The notes beneath the pieces were generated by a model. It saw only the letters and a list, made by a program, of their open reading frames with translations, was not told the origin of the DNA and ran no database searches. A DNA stretch of 53,402 nucleotides, filler included, from Sluysia triapertura (lineage: Eukaryota), in the NCBI GenBank assembly GCA_046118255.1. It is 4 parts of 4 records of this genome, joined end to end, with 100 filler letters (N's around TTAATTAATTAA, not from the genome) between each part and the next. Parts side by side here need not be neighbours in the genome. Positions count along the whole stretch, not along the records: positions 11,478 to 23,804 come from JBJNIA010119195.1; positions 23,905 to 37,287 come from JBJNIA010043240.1; 2 more parts are not named here. One strand, written 5' to 3'. This document shows positions 12,430 to 25,560 of this stretch, piece by piece (the stretch's first letter is position 1; the number at the start of each line of letters is the position of its first letter). The position numbers and the translations under genes were made by a program.

Positions 12430-13141
12430 GATATCTACAAGTATAACAAGATGCACATCCTCCATGTAACTGCAGTATGTCTACAAAACAAATAAGTGTA
12501 TCTTGTCACTGTCCTAGCAATTTGAAAGTTCCACCAGATGAACTGTTGTTTATATGAACAAAGAAACTCTCGCAAAATGTTTATTGCAAATACGGACTTC
12601 CAAGCAAGAACCAGATTGCAGAAGAGTTTACAACGGATAACTAAAGAAGAAACAAGATATAAAATGTCAAGAAAATTTTCAGATTTCAGAAAAATTTCAA
12701 ATTTGAGAGTAACTTAAATCTTAGTGAAGAACAATCTAATAACAGTTGTGAAAGTGATCAAAGTGTTGTAGAGGACACTATAAATCCGATAGTATTGATG
12801 ATGTAGCTGAAAGTCATATGCGAATATCCATTCTAAATTTTGTAAAAGAAGCAGACATATATGGTATATCAGACAGATCTGCAGCATCCATAGCAACAGC
12901 AGTGCTTATCGATGTTGACTTCATAACCAAGCAGAATTAAAGCTTTGTGACAGACAAGAATAAAGTACATCGTGAGAGGTTGAAGTTAAGAAAGGGTTTG
13001 CAATGTGATATCACAAATATTTACTTTGATGGTAGATGAGACACAACTTTGGTCAAAGTAAACAGAAATAGCAAGTTGTAATGTGACAATACTGTTGAAT
13101 ATCATTATGTTCTGGTTGAATAACCAAGTAGTAGCTATCTG
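12430..13141 (+). mobile_element. Decayed DNA transposase fragment, probably hAT superfamily (hATm-like)
   Basis: KVPPDELLF; EADIYGISDRSAASIATAVLID...DKNKVHRER...IYFDGR*DTT...HYVLVE*PSSSYL, matching the YFDGRKD transposase family; in-frame stops. Confidence 0.75.
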
Positions 13142-13149
13142 GTTATGGT

Positions 13150-14700
13150 TTTGAGGCCAGAGATAGCTTTATTCGTGCACGAGTAAATTCTCGCAATTCA
13201 ATGTCTCGTTTTGATTCCAAACAAGATTACTGTGATAACTTTTTACAGTAACTATTTGTTAGAAAAGGACATGTCTATATTCTGTGAGTAATTATTATTG
13301 CTTGACTGTTTATATTTGCAAACAATATTGATTTACGTTAGGTGTGTCTCATTATTTGATAATGGTTGCCAATACCATTAAAGCGAGTATTTTCTAAATT
13401 AAAAATGCACACTTACAAGTGTCCAGAAATAATTTCTTTGTGATTTTCTTTTATTTCACATGCAAACGCAAAGTTTTCTTGAGTTCCATGACAAAGTTTT
13501 ATTGTCGACGTATTTAAACCGTTGTAAAATGTAATTATAGATTTTAAGTAAATATTACTCGGTTTTTAAATAATATAAAATCTATAAAACTAACTAACAT
13601 CCTTGAACAAAATCGACTATAAAATAATGTTAGTTAAACAAATATTAAAGCCAAGGTTCTTTAGCTTGGTTAACTAATAGGCGAATGAAGTCAAATTAGT
13701 GAATACCAAAAATGTTAATAAACAATTAAATTTGTTGAGTCAAAAATGAAACTTGAAATAATAATTGCAGTTAAATAAAAATTTTGAACTGTAATGCGCA
13801 TTATAGGGATATTAATATTCTAATGAGTACTTCCATACTCATTTTTAATTGGTCGATGTTTGCTAATGGGCAAACATGTACTCTTTTTTGTGCAAATGAA
13901 GTAGGCTCTAAAGCCTATGAAAATAATAATAATTATTATTGTTATTATATTTTTAAAATTCTTATTATTATAACAAAATATATTTTTATTATATTACACA
14001 TCATTGTTCTCATATTTACAATTTATTATAATTAAGAAGTTAGTCTTAGTTTTGGGATCCTAACAATAATAATAAGATAAATTTGATAGGAAATTGAACT
14101 TAAAGGAGAATTTAAGATTATAATTTAAATATTAAAATTATCTGCCCAAATATAGATTCAACAACAATTTGAGTAAATTAATACACTTTAAGAGTGATAT
14201 CGGTTAAGCAAGTATTTTTAAATTACAAAATTTTTGATTAAAATCCTATGGTAACTTCTAAATTCATGCTTTAAAAGAATAATTTCCAAAATATATTCAG
14301 TGCTTTCAGCAGTTCTCTAATTGAATTACTTAAAATCTTAATTAATGCTTAACTTTGTCATAACCAAATTTAGTTAAAACAAATTATTGAAACGATTATA
14401 ATTGCCCAGTTAGTCTAAAGAAAAGAACTCTTAATGATTTATCGTAAATGCAAGGTTTTCTTATAGTTTACTAGTGATTTAGCAGAGACACAATTTTTAT
14501 CCAATGCAGGTAAAGAAAATATCATTACTATCCGATGGCATAGCACTACAAAACTAAGAATAAGTGAAAATTAAGGGTAAAAAACTAAAGCTTTCATTGA
14601 TACCTATGTTGTAAATTCTCTTTTCAATATATCAATATTAAAATCAGGAATTTACATCTCTCAGATGAATATATACTGGTTGTAAACTTAATAATGTATC
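13150..14700 (-). pseudogene. Degenerate multi-TM receptor remnant (class C GPCR-like loop; possible LRR upstream)
   Basis: Minus strand VLIRILISL, WYWQPLSNNETH..INIVCK and VITVILFGIKTRH..REFTRAR resemble class C TM5-ICL3 AFKTR..PENFNEAK; many stops. Confidence 0.3.
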
Positions 14701-16279
14701 TAAAGATGGGAAACAATCGTATTCAGAAGTAAAATTAATGGAAATTTACATTGAAAAACTATTCTTCTGTGGACTTCATGTCTCACTTAGGAGGGATGCC
14801 ACGTCTTAAAGGGGGGAAGCATGACTTAAATAATTTATATCTAACAGGTTGGCATAAAAACATTCATAAAACTTTGTACTGATTATAATAATTTTAATAA
14901 TAATAATTTTTAAAACAATAAAAATATTAAAATACATTAAAAATTAAAAGAATAATGATAATAATAGCGGAAAGAGAATATTTTTTCTCGAACAGAGAAA
15001 TTTCCATTCATTTGGAATCAATATAAATGCAATCAGTATAAACTCACAATTTTAATTGTACATTTAATAAGGTTATTATTGTAAGGCTGATTTAACGTTA
15101 ATCATTATTTAATATTAAATCATAAAATCAAGGTAAATTATTTTGCGCCCGATTTAATTTTGTTAGACTCATTATTAAAGCGCTTATATTTTGAAACATT
15201 TTATATTTTGTCTCTAACTGAACTATTTTTTTCTTTTATATTGATTGACAATCTTTCTATATTTTCTGTTAGGTAAGTATTTTCTATAAAACTTCTGTTT
15301 ATAAAATAAAGTAACTAATTTTAGGGTCACCTGTAGTGCACGTTTTATGCATTTACCGGAGTCGTACTTAATATGATATTGCAAGATTTTAAACAAAGAG
15401 ACAGCAACGTCGCAAATTCTTCCCAATTTGTTTTCTGTAAATATTTCTATATATATGGTACTATATATCAAAATTTCTATGATATCTTCTTACTATACTT
15501 CTAGGCAAAAATAATGAAGAAGAATTCAAAGTATATTAATAAAACTAACTAAAATCCGGAAAAAATTTTAAAAGGTAAAACTCAATATTGAAAATTTAAT
15601 CTTGTTATGCGATAAGAATAATAATATAATATAATGATAAATATAATGATAATTATAATAATAAACAGTATGAATAATTATAACAATAATATGATACGGT
15701 AGACTAAAAATAATATTAACAAAATATAATAATAATAATTTTAATTGTAATCAAAAAAATGAGTACTTACTAACTTGAAAATTCAGTACAGAAAGTTCGT
15801 GTATACTCATTCTTTTATTCACCAGTTAAGAGTGTATAAGTACTCAAACGCACTTTCAAAGTGATATATAAATAATTTATATCTAATTGTTACATATAAT
15901 TTTTATATAATTGTTATAGATAATTTTTAAATATATTTTTCATTTGGAAGAAATTATTTATAATGAAACATTTTTTTCTAATCAAATAACATTTTCATTT
16001 GAATAATTCTTCGCACATTCGGTGAAAATTCATTTCCGAGAACGGTGACTTCCACTGATGTTTTCATATATTATAGTAAGATTATTTGTTAAGTTTTCTT
16101 GCTAAAACAAGGATAAAATCCAGGCTAATTCTATTATACGTAGCCTTAAGCTGCGTATGAAATCACCATATTAAAATTTTTCAAATGAATAATATTTATG
16201 ACAAATATTTTAACTTGTATTATTAAACTGTTATAATTCTGTTTATTTTATTAATTGAAACTTAAATGAGCTTTAGTTT

Positions 16280-17600
16280 ATAATCGTGTAGCTTTTACAC
16301 TAATTTTGATTATTTGAATATTTGTAAGGTTAGCGACTTACAAATGCACAAATAGTAGTTCGATATTTTCAAATTTTGTGTCATCACAGTATAAAAAGAT
16401 GAAGAAGATGTATTTTATCTTAGTAAGTAAACTTGATAATAACCTTTAGTTTCATGTAATAGAAAAATAGTGAACAATATAAAAAGAGGAATAAAATTTA
16501 TCTACTAACGTGAAATATACTAAAATATTCGTGCAGCTTCAGAGAAGTAGTAAGAAAAATTAGAGCCTCGATAAAGTTAATGTTCAAAAGTCCATTTTTA
16601 TTTCCGAGAGAAGTGCTTTCCCAGAGCATTTAAGTCCTTTACTAAAGATGTAACCGTTATATACGTATTTTATTTTGGCAATAAATGTGTTATTAAAGAA
16701 AATAATATTGCAATTATAACTAAAAATTTAGGATCTGATAAATTACAATTTCTATGAATAAATTTAATTAATGAAGTTTTGTTGCGAACGAAAAAATAAA
16801 ATAAACTTTGGCCAAATAACTTCGCGATATCTAACAAGTATAGCATAGTTGTTAAGAATCAAAATCCTACATCTAATAAAATTACAATTTCTATGAATAA
16901 ATTTAATTAATGAAGTTTTGTTGCGAACGAAAAAATTAAATAAACTTTGGCCAAATAACTTCGCGATATCTAACAAGTATACTATAGTTGTTAAGAATCA
17001 AAAATATAATAAATCCTAATTTATCTTACAGTTGTAAAGATTTAAACAAATGCTAATAAATAAAATTTACGGAATTTAGGTACAAGAATTAGTTTAAGAA
17101 TTTTATTAAGAATATGGATTGTGTTTAATCGTTGACACATAATACTTGCTTGATAAAGTCAAAGTGGAAGTGTAAATTATTAAATATTATAATTGAAGAA
17201 CCAAAAATTGTAGTAAAAATGATTGGTAACATTTGGTTTTCCAAATGCTCCTGCAAGAAATTACTTTAATATTGAGTTACACAAGGTTGATTCCAAGAAT
17301 AAATACCATTAAATTTTAATACATCTAGATAGTAGAAAATACTTAATATTTGGTTCTCCAAATTTGGTATTTTTTCGTAAAAAAGATTCATGAATAATAA
17401 ATTTTTTCTAAATTAAAAGATGGTTCATCTTTGCCCTATTCTAATACTTAAACTACAGATTATAAATTATGGAAATGTATCAATTTCTATTGGTTTATAA
17501 CAAATATGTTCTACTGATTATTTTCAATAACTTATATTTGTTAATATAAATTATAAAACTAAATTCAAACAATTGTTTAAAACATGATATTGTTTAATGA
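16280..17600 (-). pseudogene. Second degenerate multi-TM receptor remnant
   Basis: Minus strand FYEKIPNLEN (LRR-like), GAFGKPNVT, LSDPKFLVIIAILFSLITHLLP, TTICAFVSR*PYKYSN; stops and frameshifts. Confidence 0.3.
16740..17003. repeat. Near-identical tandem duplication, ~125-bp unit, period 139
   Basis: AAATTACAATTTCTATGAAT...GTTAAGAATCAAAA at 16740-16864 and 16879-17003 with about three substitutions. Confidence 0.95.
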
Positions 17601-18079
17601 TAGAGTTATAAATAATAAATTAATCAAGAATGGAAACTTCGAAAAGTTAAACTCTGAATATATCTTAAAGAGTCATGTTTTACAAAAACAAAATATCGTA
17701 GTTCGACTATCGCTAATGTGCTTGGAGAAAAACCAAGATACCTTTTGATTATGTATAGTACAAATCATTTAAGTTTAAAAATAAATTGTTAAATCCTTTG
17801 TAGTGGTTAAATCAATAATTTCAATTAAATTTAATACATATAGTTTATACATATATAACCTGAAAATGTCACGATATATTATCACTTATTATTGATAAGT
17901 GAATTGTCAATAAACATTTTTTATTTATTTTCGATTCAAATAAATGATATTTTATTTCTTTGTCTCCCCCAGTATATCAAAAATGTTTGAATTTTATTAG
18001 TGCTTGTATTAATTGTAATGCAGTAAATTATTATTCAATTTATGTATAATTTAAATATTATTTTATCAATGGAATATAT

Positions 18080-18800
18080 TCAAGTATTTAAATTATAAAT
18101 TCTTATATAAATTCTAGGATCTAAATTACATTTACTAAAAGTTGAATAACAAAGATAATATAAAAGACATGTATTAAAATTGAACACTAATTGAATTATA
18201 ACTAAACAATTAAATGTTAATAGTTTGTTAAACATAAAATATTGGCACGTTCCTGAAAATATCACAGGCAGGACTTTAAAAGGATCAGTATAAGAATCAA
18301 TATTGTCTAGAAGTAAATGTTAATAAAAATTAAAATATCATAAGTAAAATAAATCTGTATCTCTAACGTTAAAATTCATTCTTCGAGATGTTGTTACTAT
18401 AATCGACGTAACGTATTGTGTTCAAGAAATGTTTAAGTAGCCGGTAGTTTTGATTATATCGCATTGGTCTTTAGACGTGACATTAGTAAGGATCACGATC
18501 ATATATTGGGTGACATTGATATATTTTATTAACGCATGTGATGGTACATTAAATTTATAATTTAAAGATCTTTGAAAACTAGTGATGTAAATGTATTATC
18601 AACATAGAACTTCTTATGAAAACTTTTGCTAGTTTTAATATAATTTTCAATATTAATTATTTTCATGAATTTAGCTGGAATAACCATCCATATCATTTTA
18701 GTAGATGATAATCGAAAATCAAGTAAATCAATGGCATTACATTTTATTCGAAGCTTCGTAACTACTTTCACAAAATCAAATCTAAATTTTCCGCAAACAT
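18080..18800 (-). pseudogene. Degenerate rhodopsin-class GPCR-like remnant
   Basis: Hydrophobic segments ending in LCYSTFSKCNLDPRIY (DPxxY TM7-like); interrupted by stops. Confidence 0.3.
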
Positions 18801-19338
18801 TTCATTGCTAAAATAAAAATTAAAGTGATTAATCTTGAAGTGAAGTTATAATAATAATAATCATTTTCAATTACTTTTGTGGTTATTCCTAATATTTTTG
18901 TATTATAATTATTACCATATGAATGATCGTGTTTTATAGGTTTAATTGTTGATTCTAACTTGAAACATCAGTGTTTTTCAGGTTAATGACCACTGTGTGA
19001 AATGCATGTCGACACTTTTGAAATTACTTTAAAGTCATTAAGAATATTGAAGTTACTGTAATCAAAAGGTTTATGATTGTATATCATTTATAATCTGTTT
19101 AAAAATTGTAAAAACTTTTATGACGAATAATATTACGTCTGCACTTTGTGACTAAAAATTGTTGTGCTTTATGTTTTGACTAACTGCACTTAGTTGTAAA
19201 TTTATATTGTACGTATTTACGAAATATGTTATATAAATTAATCAAATGATTATTTTTTTCTTTTGCTTTATAATTATGAATGATTCTTTTATTTTTCAGT
19301 ATTAAAAGAATAACATCCAAAAAACGATTTATTATTAT

Positions 19339-19707
19339 TTAAACATATATGTAAAAAATTTTTACAATGTCTTTGAAGGTGAAAAGCCTAGTCCTGCATA
19401 CAATTCTTGGAAGGCCATGTTCACTAACAGAAAAATAAACAAAATGTGTAATGTCACAATGATTATTAAAATTATACAATAAGTCTCGTTCATTAAAATT
19501 CTTTTTATTTTCTTCGTTTGTAGGATTCAGTGCCATTAGGTCTTCTTAAAATTCCGCTATTATAAAAGATTGACACTCATGCTTTGGTCTTAAGTCTTCT
19601 TGAGGTTCTAGTTCATATATCGTTTGTGCGTAGTGGCAAGAGACTCCGTTTTTGATACATAGACCATATTCGTCGATATAGTATGGACAAATCACGGTAA
19701 AATTCAT
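19339..19707 (-). pseudogene. Intronless CCCH-zinc-finger-like ORF with one internal stop
   Basis: MNFTVICPYYIDEYGLCIKNGVSCHYAQ (C-x9-C-x6-C-x3-Q; CAA is one base from His) in frame with ORF 19339..19536 across a single TAA. Confidence 0.5.
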
Positions 19708-19859
19708 TTTATACTCATTATATTTATAGAGATCATTACTGGTACATTAAACTTTAATAGTATAGTAACTTATGTTTGCAGAATCACTGTCTTTATAGAA
19801 ATATCCACTCTTGTTATAACATCCATCTAAAAAGTTATTATTTCTGTTATCATCATAAA

Positions 19860-20010
19860 CGCTAATACAACTTTTAATTTTAAGGTTGTATTAGCTGTCA
19901 TAATTTTTAACTTTAAAATTAATGTATTTATAATCATCGTTATCGTATCTTTTAACTTCAAGATCAAGGTATTTATAAACATTGTTATCATATCTTTTAA
20001 CTTTACTATA
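19860..20010 (-). repeat. Degenerate ~42-bp tandem repeat, possibly coding
   Basis: Minus-strand peptide repeats VKRYDNNVYKYLDL / VKRYDNDDYKYINF / VKNYDS. Confidence 0.6.
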
Positions 20011-20999
20011 AAAGTAAACATATCGGTTTATTTCTCATTTCTTTTACGTTCTTCTAATTTAGCGAGGTGTTACTTTTAATGTAGAATTGAACGAGAAGTG
20101 TAAGTTTTTGTTAGTTCTGAATCATGATTATTCGCGGGCTTGAGATAATTTATCTAGAGATGATGAAGATGAAAGATTAACAAAGCGTTTTAAGGGTTTG
20201 GTATCGAGTTCATATTTTGTTATACCCGTATGAATAGGTTTTGGTTAATCGAAGAAATGAATTGGCTCAAAGAGGAAAGTCGGTGATTAAAAGTATGAAG
20301 ATAAAGTATTGACCGGTGATATACGTGATTGTTAGTGTGGTTGGATGTGAGAAAAATGATAAGTTTGTTGATTATGCGGTACATAATAAGTGTGCACATG
20401 AGATTAATACTATGACGGATACATGTGATAATTAGTAAGTCAATTTAAAGATGGTTGAAGGTAAGGCGGCGAAGGCACTGTGGCCGGTGGCGCGATAAAA
20501 TTAGAGTGATAGCGAAATGAAGAATTATGAATTAGTGTCATGAGAGAGTATTACAAAGTTAAAAGTTGTAAAAGAAATTGCATTTAATTTATTGTTATTA
20601 TTAAATTATAAATACTAATTTAATGATTTTTGATTTTATGAGTGTTTTGGGTGATGTCAAAGTATGACTTTTAGTGTAGTATGAAGAAGTTGGCCATCAC
20701 ATCATTAGAATTTAATTTATTTATTTATTTGATTATATTTTTCCAATCGTCTTGGTTTTCAATCCATTACTCAAGTTTTATTATCTTATCAACTTTTTCT
20801 TTAGGAAATTATAATATTAAGGTTCTCCCTATTTTGGCCAGCATTAATCTGTTTGCCCACTACAGCTTATATTTTATAACTTATTTTGGCTAATACTAAC
20901 TTATCTTTGTATTTTATCTAATAATTGTATCATTATTAATTTGGTGTTTCGTTTCTCTCCATTCGTGTAATTTTATTCAGAATTTTTTTGCCTTAACTT

Positions 21000-23621
21000 T
21001 TGAGAACTATCTTCTCTACTTAACGCTAAAATAGTTTAAATTTATGGCAATCTTGAAGAATTAAGTCGGACTTACATAAATTTTCTAAATTATTTCCGAT
21101 GTTTTCTATGTCTAGTGAGTCCTGATTTAAACCTGAAAGAATATAGTAATTTATTTGTACTTAACTCTAGTGTATTTGCTTTCTTCTCTTCGTTGACTTT
21201 CGGCTCACTTTCGCTTTCCAAACTCGACTCTTCACTTGTATTCGAATTTTCTTCTTCACTGATCATTGAATTTGTTTCAGGATACCCACTTCTTACCGAT
21301 TCTGTATAAGTTCTGTTGTCTAATTCTAGAATTAATTCGGTACTGTTATTTGATTCATTTTCCTCGGTGGTAATAGAATCTGTATCACTATTGTCATTTA
21401 TTTCCATTTGTTTTTATCATTTATTACAATCACATTTTTGTCTTTTTCTAATTTCTCATCTTTCAACTCTTGTTTTCTTTTTAAATAATTAAGATACTCT
21501 TACATATAATTTACAAATGCTTCTTCTTCCTTTTCATCATCATCATCATCATCATCATCTACTTTATTCTAAAAAATTCATTAATAGATCCATATTTATT
21601 GTAAAGTCTTAATATATTCCATTGCTCTCCTATAATTTTCTTCTTTCTTAATCATGATCTCGGCATGCTCTTTCATCGTAATTATTGTAGCTATTTTGTA
21701 TTTATTGGCCCTTTATTCTTAATCTTGCCTTCGTTAAACCATACCCTATCCGAACTCATCCCTCTTTAATAATCATGCATTTTATAGAGATTTTGATTTT
21801 GATCTTAATTTCTTACAATTCCTAACACAGTGACCTTGCTTACCACAGTGACTAAATATTGCATTCCCTTCTATATTTGTCTGAGTCTTAAAATTACTAT
21901 TATATTATTAAACTTAAAATGACTCTTATTTCTAATATTACTACTATTATTTTGTCTCCCAAAATTTTCACCAAGTAATTCAATCATCTGGGTGAAGGTC
22001 ATTGCTCGTAATTTTATTGTTACCACTTTTAAAGCCATTATTTCCTTTAATCGTCAGATATTTATTTTCTCCTCTATAATTAAAATTGTTCCTAATTTCA
22101 TGATGATTGTCATACCTCAGTACTATTCGTTCTAAAATTATTTCATCTCTAACTAAAACTACTTCCTCAAAAATTGGGATAATTGCATTATAATTATTTA
22201 ATCCATACTCTGAACAATTTTCATATCCGACATTTAATTAATATTCTTATCTTCAAATCTTGGGATTCCGTTTTCTTAAAATTTCTATTTTTACAATTAT
22301 CTTCAGTATCACTTGTATAACCTATATTATCTTTTCCTGGTCTCGAGATCTCTCGATGACCCATAGTTTCTTAAATATAAATCATCAATGAAACCTAAAT
22401 GTGCTCATAACTATGAGCGTAAACCATTTTTAACTTATCAACTAAAACGTTTACTTTTTTACCGTTGGGAATTTTGGCTCCAGCCACGAAAGATTTTATG
22501 CATGTGTAAATTCCTAAACAGTTTTCTCATTTTTCATTTTTCCTATTTTAATCATCATAGCATAATACTTACTTATGTCATCAAGAGCTACCTCTTCTCT
22601 AAAAGGATTGACAAACTCTTGCCAATTTTACTTACACTTATTATGTATTTCCTTATAAGTCTGTATTACAAGTCCTGTTAAGTAATTTTGTATACTTTTA
22701 ATTTTCTTGACTTCATTCTAGCCATTGGCTTCAGCAACGCTGTCGTATTCGAAAAGGAAGTCACAAAAATTTTTATCTGCACCATTAAAATCCTTAATCG
22801 GGGAGCGCCATTGTATGCCTTATATCTTTAGCAAACGGAAGCAAACAGTCTCTAAATTCATCTACACTCAATGCCATTCTATACAAATCTAAAGAATGAC
22901 TTCTTCTCAGCTTTTTCATTTCCTTAGTAAATTCAATCAATTTTTGATTATCTGTGGTAAAACGTATATAACATCATATAAAAACTTATGATTTATCAGC
23001 AATGAAAATAAACTTAATAACTTAAGATATCAAACTTGTAACTGATATAATAAACTCGGAAAACTTTATCAATAAAAACTTTATCAAAATCAAATAATTT
23101 AGAAAAGTGGCAATTATAACCTTAAAAACTGATGCAATATAAATAAAAAGCTTAAACTTAAAAATAACGTAATGAAAATTTATATAACTTGTAACTTACA
23201 ACTTATGCAATAAACTTAACTTAATCAAACATCCTATAAAGCTTTACGAAAATCTAAATTCAACTTTGTATAATTGTATAACTTTAAAACTTGCAAACGC
23301 ATACATATATAAAACTATAATATAAAACTATAGTTAACCTTAAGCAGAAACTTATAATTCCTTATAAAATTCGAATAAAACTTAACAAATCCTAATGTTC
23401 ATTTTTAAATTAAAATATTACTTACGGACTCAATATCAAAATTCAAATAAACTTATTTAATTCAAGATAACTTATATTATAACTTAATACAAAATGAAAA
23501 TCAACTTAAACCTATTAAATTTATCATAACTTTTCTGTTAAAAAGATATGATTTTGGTTATGTTGTGTTGAAAGGAGAAAAATTTAATAAAATTTTTAAA
23601 GGTTAGAGATTGGCCACTACA
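21000..23621 (-). mobile_element. Decayed Gypsy-type element: putative LTR start, AAACTT-rich leader and gag
   Basis: Minus strand begins TGTAGTGG at 23621; gag motifs LPIKDFNG, FEYDSVAEANG*NE, YLTG; zinc knuckle (F)SHCGKQGHCVRNC at ~21810-21855; acidic S/E-rich ORF 21090..21407. Confidence 0.75.
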
Positions 23622-23639
23622 TTTACCTTATCATTTTTA

Positions 23640-23785
23640 TTTCATTTTTATTCTGGGGACACTTTTCGGAGACTCAAAAGATACCGACTCAAAGCGGCAT
23701 CCTGCGAAAAGATGCAAACAATGCAAAATACCGTTGAACCTACCAAGTTGCTTTGAAAAGTTTCACACTGTTAAAAATTATTAAA
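23640..23785 (+). mobile_element. piggyBac (PGBD-like) transposase C-terminal cysteine-rich fragment
   Basis: GHF...KRHPAKRCKQCKIPLNLPSCFEKFHTVKNY* matches the piggyBac CRD with an internal deletion. Confidence 0.75.
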
Positions 23786-23804
23786 ATTTAACTTATGTTT
23801 GTTT

Positions 23805-23904
23805 NNNNNNNNNNNNNNNNNNNNNNNNNNNNNNNNNNNNNNNNNNNNTTAATTAATTAANNNNNNNNNNNNNNNNNNNNNNNNNNNNNNNNNNNNNNNN
23901 NNNN
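23805..23904. other. Artificial scaffold spacer
   Basis: N44-TTAATTAATTAA-N44. Confidence 0.97.
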
Positions 23905-24409
23905 AATCTTGCTGCTTGATTAATTATTAATTGTAATTTTTTCACTTTTCTATCTGAAATTGAGTACAATAAACCATTGTTGTACAAATTTAAAATACAA
24001 ATTTATTTTAATAGATCAATAATAAAACTTAAGATACTATGACAAAATATTCCTTATCAATGTTTATAAAAATTTACTTTGACTAGGTCAGTAATTATAA
24101 AATTTATAATATTATAACAAAATATTTGTGAAATTAAATTAATATTTAAAAATTTATTTTAAGTAGGTCAATATAATATTTTTGAATATAATTATTATTT
24201 TTAAAAAAATTAAACAAACGTTACCAAAAGCATGGATCTTTTTTTCTCGATCACCTGTGAATGTTGTCTCCCCTTTTTTGTGATTATAAGTGTTCTAATT
24301 TATACTTTTATGTCATCCAATCATTTTTACATTCGCAATCAGAGATTACTCTTACTTAAATTATCAAAACCTCTTTTAAAGATGAAAGCGACTAAAACGA
24401 CCTTGACTC

Positions 24410-24410
<1 letters not shown>

Positions 24411-24448
<38 letters not shown>

Positions 24449-24449
24449 T
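24411..24449. repeat. (TAA)n microsatellite, likely 3' tail of the adjacent minus-strand LINE
   Basis: Perfect run immediately 3' of the LINE UTR. Confidence 0.9.
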
Positions 24450-25560
24450 ATTATATATAATAATATATTAATTTATATTGCGCTCATATCTACTATACTC
24501 AAAAGCACTTAAGGTAAATCATTAACCATAATATTTCTGAAACAGAAAGGACTTTGCTTTTTTCATAAATATTTCATAATTTTCCAGCAATTTGACATTC
24601 TCTGGTAACTGGTTGTATATTTTTGAGACATAGACAGTATACAACCTATCACCTAGCTTGTTATCACTGTGAATTCTACACAGATTATTATTATGTCTCA
24701 ATAAAATATTCATCTTCATTTCCAATTTTCGTATTATTTCCAAAAGGTATTCAGGACTTCCATCATTATTATTGTCATTATTTTGAATTATATTCTTGCT
24801 TTTATTGGCAATCAATGTAATTCCTTAAGATAAGGTGATACTTTCTTCATCTTTTAACCTTATTATATATGTTTTCATTTTCATGATTCCTTTTCCAACG
24901 ATATTTTATTATATCAATTCATCGTTTTGTATTGTTTCTTCATAAACTTGTAATTCCATGCGTTTTTCACACAGCTGGGCAATCCCATCATATCTCATTC
25001 CAGAAGTAAATGTCTTACTTGAGACATAAAAAGAAGGAAACCATGAAACTCAGGCAGCGATAATAATATCAGTGATTATATCACTATCATTAATATCATT
25101 ACTTAAATCATTAATTACAAGTTTAGGTAGAACTGCATGTGGGTTTTCCAACTTGCATTTAAGATGAGATTGGTTAATGCCGTCATTAGCTGATTTAAAT
25201 CGATTAATAAGTTACCATTCTTTGTTTTTTGTAATTGTTTATCCTGGAATTTTTAAAAATGCTTTTGAAATCTACAATACTATCGCTGTTTTTATCCCCA
25301 TCCTTTATTAAAACCATTCTGTAGCTTTTATTAATGTTATTTGTTTTTTTGATTTTATTGTCATTTTCATCTTTAGTATTTTCAAAAAAATATAACGGTA
25401 ACTATTTTGTGAATGTTGGTAATAAAATAAGCCCAAGTATCTCTTTCTACATACAGTTTATTGTTAGGCCAACTTTTGTATTCCGATTCGTACAATCAAA
25501 GATTCCTCTTCACCAATAAATAAAGAAAATGAATCACAAGCTTGTTTATAAGAAACAACT
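24450..25560 (-). mobile_element. Internally deleted LINE (CR1/L2/Jockey-like): ORF1 remnant plus ORF2 C-terminus and 3' UTR
   Basis: NKLGDRLYTVYVSKIYNQLPENVKLLENYEIFMKKAKSFL is a LINE ORF2 end; upstream KNGNLLI...LPKLVINDLSNDINDSDIITDI is ORF1-like. Confidence 0.7.
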
